Assembly: GCA_048128005.1 (NCBI GenBank)
Contig: JBEUKZ010000066.1
Location: forward strand, 124,001-188,000
DNA: 64,000 nt
Origin: Veleropilina oligotropha
Taxonomy: Eukaryota
Direction: 5' to 3'
The translations under genes were made by a program, and so were the position numbers. Position 1 is the first letter of the stretch. Each line of letters starts with the position of its first letter. Positions 47,424 through 59,876 of this stretch are shown piece after piece. The notes beneath the pieces are model-generated. The model was not told the DNA's origin. It saw only the letters and a list, made by a program, of their open reading frames with translations, and did no database searches.

Positions 47424-50400
47424 CAGCTGCTGCTCCCTCGTTTTCGGTTACATTCCAGACACGTTAAGCGCACGTTGTCGCGGATGTGGCCCCTGCTGTT
47501 GTCCACACGGTCGACACTGAACTGCTGTGTGTCTTTGGGCTGGTAGGCCCAGAACAGCTCTATGTTGCATGCCGCGCCGCGGTTGTTTTGGGCGTCTTTG
47601 AGCTGCAGGATGTTATCGACCTTCAGGTTAAACCCCGGGAGACCCTTGGCCTGGTCCTGGCGTTTGTACGCCACAAGCTTTTTCTGGATGGTCTTTCGGA
47701 GCTGTTGCTCGGTTTGGGGCGGCCTGTCCTCAGCACCCTCATCCGGAGGACAGGTTACCCGTTCGAGCTGATGCAGATGCTCCACCCGGGACACGGCTAG
47801 GTAGGCGAGATTACTCCACTGAAGGTAGTCGTCGATGATCCAGACTTTCTGTGGGTCGTGAATCGTAAGACCCTGGCTCGAATGGATGGTGAGAGCATAG
47901 CCCAGGCGCCAATCCGGGGTCAGGATAGCCCTCTCAGCGGCGTCAATGGTGACCTCTACGACGTCGTTGAGAACTAGCTCCTCTCTTTCGTCGGTGCCCG
48001 GAATCGTTACCATGATGTTTTGCTTACGGGTGTCCCTGGGGTGGTAAAGGATAGGTACCGGAGAGTCTGGGAAGTGCTCCTTGTGCCTCTGGAGCAACAG
48101 CTGTTGAGCCTGTTCGCGGACCTTCTGACGGCTGGTGAGGATTAGGTCGCCTGGCCTCCAGGTGTTGACGAACCGATCCCATCCAAGGCAGCTGGGGAGG
48201 GTCTTACGCATCTCGTCGCACTGGACTTTGTCGGGCTGGAGACGGATACGTCTTTTCAGGGCTTGGAGGGCAGGGTCGTCTTTCGCCCTGTAGTCTACTT
48301 CGATCTCTTCATAGTAGTCCGCGGTCTTTCGCAGCCAATCGTGCGGCATCTCGCCCGTAATCGGTGGTGGCTGGCCCTGGTCCCCACAGCAGATAACCTG
48401 CACTTCGTGCTGGCCCAGCCAGTCCAAGAACATCTCGAGGATGTGCCGGGGAACAGTACAGACCTCGTCCCAGATAATGACGCGCGGGATGAACTTCTGA
48501 CCCATGCGATCAGGTGTCCAGTCGTTCTGGCCGCTCCATCGGAAGAAGCTGTGGTAGGTCTGGGCTTTGACACCCCTGGTCCGCATTTCTTTAGCGAGGC
48601 GGTGGGTTGGCGTGAACACCGTGGGATTTCTCGCCCGAAAGAGCTCGATCGCTCTCGTAGTCTTGCCACAGCCCCCTCCACCGTTGAGGTAACTCAGGCG
48701 ATGGTGGGTCAGCGTGTCACTGTAGCATGGCGCGGTGCTTGGCGGGAGGTCCTTCTCGGACTGCGTGTACTCCGGCTTGGGCAGGTATGCGGCATGTTCC
48801 TTTGGCATATACAGCTGTTCGCCCTTGTCACGCCACTGGGCTGGTGCTACTGGCGGAAGGTACGTCTCCCCGATCAGACAGGAGATGCAAGATTTCTCGC
48901 CACAGTCGCAGAGTTGGGGGGCAACGTACACCGTGACATCGTCGAGCTTCTCCAACGAGGCCTTCTTGAGGTAGATGCTGTCAGTGGCTACCCGGACGGC
49001 TTCTGCTGCACTGAAACGCTGGAGCATGCTCAAGAGGTTTATGTGGGCATAGGCCAACATGCTGGCCCTCAGGTGGGCGTACTGTGGCTGAGAGCCATCA
49101 TAGTACGTGAGGATGTGACCCATAGGGCACCTTTGAGGTGCGCCGACCAGGGTACCGCTTTGGCGGGTGTCTCTTACCAGGAAGTCCAGCTCTCCCTGGT
49201 CTATCACCAGTCTACGAGTCAATCGTTTACCGTCTGCTTTGGCGCCTTGGGTGAACTTGCCGATAATGCTGCAGCCCTGGTCACGGTTCTCAGGAAGCCA
49301 GACATCGGTCTGCTTTCTGAATGCGATGATGGCCTCTCGGATCTTGAGGCTTTTTAGCAGTCCAGAGTCTATGAGGTAGGTGAGCAGAGGCGTCGGGGCC
49401 CATCCATTCTCTGCAAAGTGCTTTCCGAACCAGGCGGGAATGACGGGGTGGATGTCTTGTGCGAACTCCCACCCCACGACCTCAGCAAACCCGGTGCCGA
49501 TATCTTCGGGAAGAGGACCGTTAATTGCGACCCGGGTCATGCTGTGGAGTGGGTGTCCGAATCTTTCGAAATAGGGCTTAGCCTCGCCCTTCCCCAGAAA
49601 GCTGGCAGGGTAGCAGGCTTTCATGTCGATGCAGCAGATATCTCTCGTGTCATAGCCCATGGAATTCCAGAGACCGCCGTGGCCATGCTCTACGCAGGCC
49701 TTCTGGATATCATCGAGCAGGCCCGCTGGGGTCGGTTTCCAGCCGTTGGTCTCCTTGGCCATAATGCTAGCTGCATGGTTCTCGCCAAAGGCTCGATCGG
49801 CAAGAGACTCGTTCCCCAGCGCTGTACAGGCTTCTTGAAGTCTCTCGTGATCATCTTTCGTCCTGTACGTGCGGCCGTCCTGAAGCACGAACTGGTTCAC
49901 GTTGAGCTGTCGGTCTGTACCGCCAAGGAGCCAGACAGCTAATGGCTCATTCTGTGTGGCTTGTCGGATAGCTTCCCAGACATCGCCCTCCTACAGGTGG
50001 ACCTCGCGAGACTGCGGAAAGTGTAGGTCCTTGGACCAGGCGTGGCCGTTGTGACAGATGAGTTCTACGTTTCTGAATGTATGGTTTCCTTGACCACGGT
50101 ATTTACCACTGTTGTAGATGTCGGCACCTGCGATGTCTCTCAAGACAATCGCCCGCTTCAGTATCTTCTCGAGGATGGATATATCATCCACAGTGGCGCC
50201 TGTTTCGTGGACTCGCTCTTCCCACTTTTGTATTTTTCGTCTTCGTATCGGAGTTAGTCCGTTTCCTCTCATGGCACCTTCAAAGTGCTCAACCACTCTC
50301 TGGGCAACGCAGTTGAGATCGCCGTTCTTCATTGGAACCAGGTTGGCGGGGTTTGGCTCTCTGAGAGGGTAGAGGCCATAGACGACTGCAGTGACCGGGT

Positions 50401-50740
50401 AGGCGTTCTCGTAGTAGACTTTGTCGACCCCAGTGATAGCACCCGGCTTAGTGTCGTGGGATATCTCAAAGATACCCTGGCCCTTCTTTCTCGCAGCCTT
50501 CACCGGGTCAAACTTGTCTTCGACCATCCAGTCGCCTTCACCCCACGCACGCAAGAACTTGATTCTAAGGACATACTCGCCTTTTGGAAGGGCTGTGAGG
50601 AGCTGTGCCGCCCTCGCGTCTGTCATACGGGCATCCAGCGCTTCGATGCCGTGTTCGATCTTAATGTCCACTTCTACCCTCCATGTGGAGAAGGCCGCTG
50701 CGGCGCCATCGACCTCAAACTCGTCTTTGGCGTCATTCAA
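47420..50740 (-). CDS. Replication polyprotein: OTU-like protease, PolB palm, SF1B helicase and HNH-like domain; one in-frame TAG at 49991-49993
   Basis: ORFs 49991-50740 and 47420-49900 share a frame with an open linker. Motifs: GDLNC/HNGHAW; CIDMKACYP, IIGKF, VATDSIYL; GGGGCGKTT, WDEV, GDQGQPPP, TIHSSQGLT, YLAVSR; SVDRVDNSRGHIRDNVRLTCLECN. Confidence 0.8.
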
Positions 50741-51273
50741 GAGTGCTCTTTTGCTGGGAGCCTTACTGGGGGAGGGACCTGGTCATCCAGGTCGATGAAT
50801 CGTTGCCCCTCGGTTGTAGTACACATCCCTAGAAGATCCTTCTGGTAGTCCTGGGCTGTCCGGGGTGTTTTGGAGAGGTGATCTCTCAGAATATCGGGCC
50901 CCTTCCGAGCAATAGCCCGGGCAAGGGTCTCTTTCCGAGACCTAGTCAGACCGTGCAAGTATGGCTTGACGATTCGATCCGTGATGGCGCGAAGTGGCTT
51001 CTTCTCAGCTTGGATTTCGTATTTACGGACCTTGAGGGCGACCTCGACCTCGTCCTTAATCTGCCGCAATTCGCGAGCACGACGGCCTCTTTTGTGGGGG
51101 TTCACCACATCTCCACGTATGGAGGGGAACCTTCCCGTTTTCATCGCCCGCTCGAGTCTCCTCCGAAACTCCGCAGCACGGACCCTGGCGATTGCCCAGA
51201 TGAGGTCGTGCTTCTTGAGCTTCGACCGAGCGGGAATCCCATAATCTTTCGCTAGATTGCGCAGGTCATCCAT
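50737..51273 (-). CDS. Basic protein with an N-terminal Rho-N/HEH-like nucleic-acid-binding motif
   Basis: DDLRNLAKDYGIPARSKLKKHDLIWAI; Arg/Lys-rich; ATGA overlap with the polyprotein start. Confidence 0.6.
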   Translation of the reverse strand: MDDLRNLAKDYGIPARSKLKKHDLIWAIARVRAAEFRRRLERAMKTGRFPSIRGDVVNPHKRGRRARELRQIKDEVEVALKVRKYEIQAEKKPLRAITDRIVKPYLHGLTRSRKETLARAIARKGPDILRDHLSKTPRTAQDYQKDLLGMCTTTEGQRFIDLDDQVPPPVRLPAKEHS

Positions 51274-51321
51274 GTTGCATGGGGGGTATACGTCATACCG
51301 ATCATTTCTCTAATATGCAAT

Positions 51322-51606
51322 TTACGCATGGTAGATTGCAGCCATGCGGAGAAACTCTTGCAGAAACTCTCTCTGGAAGGCCCTTTTCTTTCGCTGCCAG
51401 TCCCTATCGTTCTCAAGCTTATACCCACAGCCCTGACACAGCGTAAGCCAGTTTCTGACGCCTTGTCCGCATTTGCTGCAGGGCTTGGTACCAGGGCCCT
51501 TTCGGAGCCGAGCCAGATGGACTTTGCAAAACTTTCTCAGACATCTCTTACCGCATAACTTCGTGGAGCTGATGGTGAGCCATTGACAGGTGTCCGTTCC
51601 CCACAT
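51322..51606 (-). CDS. Small Cys-rich (zinc-finger-like) viral protein, 94 aa
   Basis: CQW...CGKRC...FCKVH, CSKCG and CQGCG; first gene inside the right TIR. Confidence 0.55.
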   Translation of the reverse strand: MWGTDTCQWLTISSTKLCGKRCLRKFCKVHLARLRKGPGTKPCSKCGQGVRNWLTLCQGCGYKLENDRDWQRKKRAFQREFLQEFLRMAAIYHA

Positions 51607-51739
51607 CGTATCCTTTGCAGTGGGTATATCCTGTGATATGGGTATGTCTAAAAGCGAGCCCGGGCCGGCGAGGGTAACGGGCCGTCCCTACGGGCTCTTA
51701 CTACATACTACTATATCGGAAGGAGTTCTCCACTATTCT

Positions 51740-51960
51740 AAGCTACCCTAGTTCAGGACAGCGCTGTGTACACACGGTGACTTTTTGTAATACACGCTAT
51801 ACCCTCGGGTCTGAAATAGGGCTGGGAGCCCCCACCCCCGGGCCCCCGGACCCCACCCTAACTCCCTAGTCCCCCCCCCAGTAATACCAGCTCAGTTCTG
51901 AAATAGTGCTGGGAGCCTTATTTTTCCATTCTAAAAAGTCTACTGACCCCCCCTGCTGCT
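51740..51960 (-). repeat. Right terminal inverted repeat
   Basis: Ends ...gtctactgacccccccTGCTGCT|GTTGC. Confidence 0.9.
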
Positions 51961-53438
51961 GTTGCTTTATCCAATACACACAGCATCACTTGATTGAATT
52001 TCTTTCCTCACTCAACATGAAAATTTTTAAAGCAGAATATTGTTGTTATTGTTGCTAGTCCTCATGTCGTCTGCCCATAGGTAGTCCTCATGTCGTTTGC
52101 CCATAGGGTAATACCCCCAAGCTCTAATCGGCACATCTTGTGTGCTGTCGCAGCACATAAAGGGGGAGTTTGATTCGGGAACACTAGTGTCGAGTCGGGT
52201 TGAGATCGGGAATCAGACAGCGAGAACATGACACTCAGGTTTGGAAAGTAGGTCACGAACATACTACCCGATTTTGCAGGAGTGACTCGTGTTGTCATCA
52301 AGATGGCGGCTACAGACTAGCGTGTGAAATCAACAGAGTACGTTTTTATCTCAATTTAATAAATGTCATAGATTATTTACAAATCATGCATCCAGTATGA
52401 ATTGTCTTTTATGGTTAAAGTTTTATTGATAAAATAAGTAGGTTACACCAATGATATTATCATATAATGTTCAGTACACGCTTATACGGCGGCTTCGCAA
52501 TGCTCGGTCTCACATGCGCCAATACTATGTGACGTCCTGTGGTAGGGGTAATTAACGGTCAAAACGACACACGGTCAGTTCGACAGAGCTTAAACCTGTG
52601 ACGAAGTAACTACTTATATTTAGGAGTGTATGTACCGATATGACGGACATTAACAGTATCACAATTGAGGGAAAACATGATATTCCCATGTGTTAGCTGC
52701 CATAAATCAGAGGGTATCAATTTGAATCTTTATTATTGACTTTTGTGTATATACAAATTGTCCGGTTCCGCGACACTTTTACTCGTCATTACGAAGAAAT
52801 AGTGCGCCGGGAGAACCTAATTGACTACTTTTGCAGTTTTAAATAATTAGCTTGATTAGCTGGGGCAGCTGCAGAAGTTCGTCAATTAAAACCAAGGTCG
52901 GCCATGTTTGTTCTCTAGTGTCGTGTTCGATGCGTTTGATTGTAAATTACAATGGGCATGCGCAACTTGAACTCGACTCTACTCTAGTGTGCCCGAATCA
53001 AACTCCCCCAGAGTGTCTTTGGTGAATCTTGTTTGCCCGATTATAATCATGTTTGTATGGTCGTAGCGTTCCTTCCTGCATTGTGCGTGTTGTGGTGCTG
53101 TATTATTGGTGCCCCCATGCATTGTTGTGAATGTGTTCAGCAGAACAGTAACACCAAAACGACAATCTCTATACAAACCAGCTCTTCTGTTCCTCATATA
53201 GACATTTACGCTCTACATTTGGAAATTAATCAATCCAAATCTACGTCGATCCTTGGCTGCATGGTGTGCTGGCATTTCACGAAATTTGGCACGAATCGAG
53301 ACGTGAATTTTTTCTAATAAGAAATCCGAAAAGGGATAATGAGCGGTATTGAATTTCAATTGGCCTAGTGCCCAATCTGGCATTTGACATTTGGGAAGCA
53401 TGTAGATGCTCATAAGTTAATGCTATTTGTAATGGCAG

Positions 53439-54563
53439 TTGAAATATCAGGTCACCTTATTCATAAGGAGGAAACTGTCCTCTTGTAATGAATTTCTGAT
53501 ATATGTCAATGACAGCATACTTGATACTGTTCATAGTATGAAATACCTAGGAGTCCATCTTGATTGCTGTTTAAATTTTCATGCTCACATTGACTACATT
53601 AGTAACAGAATTTCTTCTAAAATTCGCCAATTTAAACGTATTCGAAATTGTTTATCCACAAATATTGCAATTAAAATATGTAATGCTTATATCTTGCCTC
53701 ACTTTGACTATTGCGATATTATCTGGGGTCGCACTGACAAAACTGCACTTCATCGATTGAATGTATTATATAATTATGCTGCGAGAATTATTATTCAATG
53801 TAATTATCGTCAACATCACTGTATTAGATATGACAAGCTCAAATGGTTACCTTTATCAGGAAGATTCGAATTCCATTTCGGAACCCTCATCTACAAAAGT
53901 CTGAATAATCTCTCCCCTACCTATCTCACACAGCACTTGAATCATGTTCAAGAAGTTCACAACCATTACACTCGATCCAGTAATTGTTTGCATCTGTATA
54001 CTACTCGTGCTCAAAATTCACTCAGCCAACACTCTTTTAAGTGTTTGGCTCCCTCGATCTGGAACACCATTCCAACTGAAATTCGCAATTCCACTACTAT
54101 ACACACATTTAAGACGAAATTCAAGACTCACTTACTAAACAAACACGCCTGTTCATGTTGAAGACACTCCATCCATAATTAGTTACGAGTCAATTCTATT
54201 TTATATCACTCGATTTGTTGCTCACTGGTGCTGTATTGGTCATACTGTTATTGTATATGGTGATATCACTGATGTGATTTATTTATGTATATTTCTTTTG
54301 TACTCAATGAGTGCTAAGTTATCTAACTGTGATGCTATATATATTTAACTTTGCGCGCAAATTTATAGTGCTGTATCTTTGTAATTTTTATCTTTGTGTA
54401 TAAACTAGTGGTGTTGTATGTATCTGTTGCTATTGAGTGTTGTAGTGTATTTAAGTTTGTGTACTCCTGTGTCGCCCATCATCATGTTGTAAACAAGCTA
54501 TGTATAGCTTAATCATGTAATGATGTAAAACATTTTATAAATATATAAATAAATAAATAAATA
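53439..54563 (+). mobile_element. 5'-truncated LINE (CR1/L2-like): RT C-terminus, 3' UTR and (taaa)n tail
   Basis: KYLGVHLDCCLNFHAHID, ILPHFDYCDIIW, LKWLPL, PTYL, WNTIPTEIR, FKTKFKTHL; tail at ~54545-54563. Confidence 0.85.
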
Positions 54564-55566
54564 AGCTTGTTATTTGATCGAAAGATTAATATGTACTCCA
54601 ATCTAAAACTTGACGCTAACACTCGATCAGTGTGCATTTCTATGCGATTCAATATTCTGTAACAGTTTGAATTATTTAAGACTCGGGATTATAGTTAGGA
54701 CCTTTATTTTACCATTCTTCCTGCTTACATGCAATACCTGGTCCGAGCTTAGAAAATGAGTCATAATTTGAGGAGAACACTTTTGTGGGTTATCAATTCA
54801 GGGTTAGCTCTGCCATGCGCCAAATTCGCCAATGGCGAATTTTGCTTAACTTTGGCGAATAAAAAATATGGTTGGCGAATTTATTATTTGTTAGTACATG
54901 TATCTCAAAAATAAATGTTATCAAAACGAATGGAAGAAATAGACTGAACATAAAAACATTAGAATACCAGAATATATATATATATTATATTATAAACTTA
55001 TGTATAACGCTTGTCCATATATTGTAATACTACATAATATATATAATGTTTGACCATATACCGTATACATTTCTATAACGTTTCGCTCTCAGTACTATAA
55101 ACATATTATGTAACTAAGTAACTATGTACTGTTTGGTCATATACCGTATACATGCATATAACGTGACTATCAAGGATTTACACCAATATCTAATTAAGTA
55201 ATGGGCGAAAACAATATCATGACGTCTTGATGTAACCGAGAAGCAGTTTACCATGATGAAATTGAGTTTGACAAGGTTATATTTGTCAAACTGTATTGGA
55301 CACCATTAATTTGTAAACATCAATCAAAATTGTCACCGTTTTCGCAAAATGACAATAATGTGAGTTGTAAACAGTTAAACAGTAACAAACAATTTTAATG
55401 TATCTGAAGATGAGAAGTTGTAATTGTTGTACATGTACATGTATACATCTATAATATATTTAATTTGAAATTTATGCATTCCATTTAAATTTTAAATTTG
55501 TATAATGATCCGTATTTGACACAAAACAATGGAAATGGCCTCGTTGATTGCATTACTTAAGTATAT

Positions 55567-55568
<2 letters not shown>

Positions 55569-55650
<82 letters not shown>
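55569..55650. repeat. (TA)n microsatellite
   Basis: Direct inspection. Confidence 0.95.
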
Positions 55651-55651
<1 letters not shown>

Positions 55652-56893
55652 TATCAACATTATATTACAATATTTTTCTGATTATCTCCCTTTGACCATT
55701 GTTTTGATATTCTCATTGATAATAAATAGCTACAGAAACTCGAGAATTACTCCTCACTATAATCTTATCTACTGTACATTTATGCTAGCTGTGGCAGTTA
55801 ATTATTAAATCAAATCACATGTTAACAAACGGGATCGCCATGGTGCACAATAGTCATAAAATTCAATGCGGATTTGTTAATTATAACGTCAATCAATATC
55901 CGTTACATGCATAATTTATTTCGCAGTCTTTTGGTCGTGTCTGCCATTGCTGACTAAATGCCAGCACAAGCTGCTTTGCATACCTGCCTACTGTTCTTGA
56001 TCTATATGTGTGCTCCTATAACATAACAAAGGAAAATGGATTTTTGTGCACCGAATTGAAAGTGTTGTTTGTTTTGGTAAGTGCGTTTGTTGGTTATCTG
56101 ATCACAAATATTATGTTAAGGGAAGGGGATACAAATTCAGCATGTTTGCGCATAAAATTGAGTGAAGTGAATTAAGTTACATTTGATCGTAAGAACACAT
56201 ACAACACACATCTATCATGATAATTGGATCTATTGAAATTTCTCATTTTGTGTGGATAGAATAGTTGTATAACTTGTAAATGAATTGTAATGTAATCAGA
56301 TTTTTTCTGTTCATTTCAAAATGAAGTAAACATCAAACAGAGAATATGATTAACGACTAATGAATAAATGTCTATATACTTTTCCATATCGTTTATACAT
56401 TGAAAATTTACTTTTTGCATATAATCATATATCACTGCACTTCTTGGTATGCTAAGATCTTAGTGACTACGCTAATTCTATCCGTGCTATTGATATAGTC
56501 GGCATGCATCCAAATTGGCCATTGTGTATATATTGACAAAAGTGTTGAGCTTCTTTCTGTGCGAAATGGCGTTATTGTTACGCATCAATTCTTTTCTTCC
56601 TCTATTCTACACGAAACGTGTTTATTTGAAAGTGTTTCATATTGACCATGATGGCAGTGATCTATCAGACTACTGGTCATGGAAGATTTCTAGATCCACC
56701 ACGGATTTTCCGTATGCTGAAAAGCCTGTCCTTATCCTTTTACCTTTAACTTAAAATTCCAATTTAATTCTTGCAAGCATTACGACCCAATTTTATTTTT
56801 TAATTGATTGGTGTGTTGACAGATTAGTCAATAGTTGTTTCATTGCCTGGCAACATCATATTGGGTACATTAGTACGGTACGAAAAACATTAA

Positions 56894-57869
56894 TTGTATC
56901 CCCGAAATTTAACATTTCTGGGATAGTATGGTTTAGTCATCGTTCAGCCGCGTCCGCCGTAGAGATTTCTTGTGTGCGCTCTACCGTGAAAGATTCTAAT
57001 CCGATTTTATTCAAATTGGGTATGCGCGTCAGTTATGACGAGGACATGCCACCTATCGATTTTCGTCGTTTTCAGATCCAAGATGTCCGCCGTGGCAGCC
57101 ATTTTGTTTGGAGAGATTTTCTGTGTGCGTTCTACAATGAAAAGTTATTATCCGATTTGATCCATATTTGGTATGCGCGTTCGCTATAATGAATACATGC
57201 CACCTAAAGATTTTCGTCGTTTTCGGATACAAGATGGCTGCCATGGTGGCCATTTTGTTTGGCGAGATTTCTTGTGCGCACTCTATAGTGAAAAGTTATT
57301 ATCCGATTTGATTCATATTTGGTATGTGCTTTAGTTGTGATGAGGCCATGCCGCCTAAATATTGTCGTCGTTTTTGGATCCAAGATGGTCGCCTTGGCGG
57401 CCATTTTGGTTGTTTATATTTCTTGTGCACGCTCTACAGTGAAAAGTTCGTGCACGCTCTACAGTGAAAAGTTCGTATCCGATTTGATTCAAATTTAGTA
57501 TGCATGTTAGTTATGATGAGTTAGTTATGATTTTCGTTGTTTTTGGATCCAAGATGGCCACCTTGTGCGTGCTCTACGGTGAAAAGTTATTTTCCGATTT
57601 GATTCAAATTTGATATATGCATGTTAGTTATGATGAGGACACGCCGCCTAACGATTTCCTTTTGTTTTCGGATCCAAGATGGCCCGCGACGGCCATTTTA
57701 TTTGAAGATATTTCTTGTGCGCGATCTACAGTGAATAGTTCTAATCCGATTTGATTCAAATTTGGTATACATGTTTGGTATGATGAGGACATGGTGCCTA
57801 TTGATTTATGCTACCGTGGCCCGAGGGGATACATCCCCTCGACTTGCTGGGTCGAGGTTTCGCTAGTTT
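56894..57869 (+). mobile_element. Helentron-associated element with 5-6 diverged ~150-bp core repeats
   Basis: Repeated tccgatttgattcaaatttggtatg...gatccaagatggc; 3' hairpin cctcgac...gtcgagg followed by CTAGTT. Confidence 0.7.
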
Positions 57870-59457
57870 ATTAAGTGGAAAATTTATGAGGTCAACGATA
57901 CGTCTTTGAAGATTTTGTTTTCACAGTGTGCAAGTTATTATGTAGTCTTCTATTGATGTGCATTTGCATTCATTAATTGAGACTCTTCAATAATAATTAT
58001 TAAGTGCACGTTTTCCAAAACAAACAAATTTTCAACTTGATTTTCATGTCTTCCCCCAACCGAGCTGTTTACCGTAAATCTAAACAATTTTTTACAGGTG
58101 AGTTACTTGAATTCTGCGTTCTTACAGTGCGTCAAAGGACCTGGCTATTATTTTAAATTTCATGATCAATTAATTGAGGTTGCATGATGCCATTACGCAT
58201 TGACATTACATATGTTTTATGATGTCACAAGTGAACTTGATATCTTTGTGGCTGTCTAGAACAAATATCTGCAATGAGAGTGGATTTATTTTGCGATAGA
58301 TTTGCTGCGAGGTACCATTCATGAATCAATGTTGACAAATTCAATAATCATGAGTTAAATCCAATAGCCTCTTTAACATGTAAACTTTGTTGCCTTGCAA
58401 CTCTTTGTTGGTGAAACGCTTTGGCTGGGTCTAAGCACTCAATTTGGCCTCTGTGACGTCATGCTATTAGCATGTTACGGCTTTAGTGAGATTCGATTTT
58501 AATTCTAAATGTTAGCACAATTGCTTTCATGAGGCCATTCAGATCGTTTGAAACGGAATTGATTTTAGTATCTTTCCCAAGTGTTTGTATGCATTTGATG
58601 TATCGCTGCGCTGTGAAACGTTGCGTTCGTCTACTTGCCCTATTGTTCCCTATCGATTACGACTCTCCCTGCTTCAGTTACCACGATGGGATTGTCAGCG
58701 ATTCTAACACTGTGCGTTTGGTCGTTATTTCATGCAATGCTTCGTTAGAATACAACATGCATATTAGGTTTTACTGTCGTACTTTTAACATGGAAGTTCT
58801 CAGAATTTACCCTAAATTTTAAACAGTTTGATGGAATTTACCCTAAATTTTAAACAGTTTGATAATCGTGGGTAAGTTGAATGGGTGTGCTTGACTATTT
58901 TTAAGTGGATGGGTCATTGACCTACAGGTAGCTCAGTTGCATTATTTGATGTGATCTTGTGTCGTTAGCCCTTTTAACAGAGAAAAATAACTTAAATTAT
59001 TATTAACAAGCCTATGCCTATTAATAATAATTATCGATATTCAGAAAATTTGACGTATTGTTACAAATGTTAACCTTTAGTCAAGTGGACTTGTTGGAAA
59101 GCATTATTTTATTCACAAATCTATTTTGATTATTTTTTGTGACTTATTTCAAATACAATCATGTAATAATAGTTGCCTTTAATAAGATAATGTATTATAG
59201 TTTTAGTGTGAGTTCTAATTATTGTATAAGATTTGTCGAATATTTATAAAGTACCCGTAGAATGCAGTATGATGATGATGCACGTACTACATCAATATGT
59301 TGTTTGAAAATGAATGAACAAATTTGGTTTATCTGACATTATATATGGCTAGTCATGCAGTACTCGTGGGGGCAATTTCTCGATGCCCAAATCAGTGCAG
59401 TGAGATGTTTCCCTATACTATTCTAACTCATATCTGACATTTCTCCATTTCATGAAC

Positions 59458-59876
59458 GGCCGCTTCGGCAGCGCAGTGGGTAGAGTGTCCACTCTAAGTT
59501 CACTGGCTTGATTCCGCTAATGCGATCAGTAGTGGGTTCTATACCTGACTGAGGCATTGAAATTTGTTCAAGTTATGAATCACAGTTGTCCGTGACTGGC
59601 CGAAGAGGGCGGGTTTACCCGGGCGACCGGGGTTTCCTCCCGCGATAACACGGACATGTCCTGCCTTGAACCTCGATGTTATAAATATACAGGACATTAA
59701 GCATAATTCCCCCCCCCCCCCTCAAGTTATGAATCACAGTTGTCCGTGACTGGCCGAAGAGGGCGGGTTTACCCGGGCGACCGGGGTTTCCTCCCGCGAT
59801 AACACGGACATGTCCTGCCTTGAACCTCGATGTTGTAAATATACAGGACATTAAGCATCATTCCTCCCTCCCTCCC
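59458..59876 (+). mobile_element. tRNA-derived SINE (family A) with a tandemly duplicated 3' half; TSD ctccatttcatgaa
   Basis: A full copy runs to ~59722, then tcaagttatgaatcacag...taagcat repeats; a 14-bp TSD flanks the whole unit. Confidence 0.88.

Larger units (their letters stand above)
34962..51960. mobile_element. Endogenous Polinton-like dsDNA virus / self-integrating element, 17.0 kb
   Basis: TIRs starting AGCAGCAGGGGGGGTCAGTAGAC; GTTGC duplicated at 34957-34961 and 51961-51965; sharp GC rise; compact intronless genes for integrase, packaging ATPase, capsid-like proteins and a Pol-helicase. Confidence 0.93.

Noticed and set aside
48263..49357. 364-aa plus-strand ORF and other antisense ORFs across 47400-51300
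   Set aside because: Shadow frames of the GC-rich minus-strand replicase, with no motifs.
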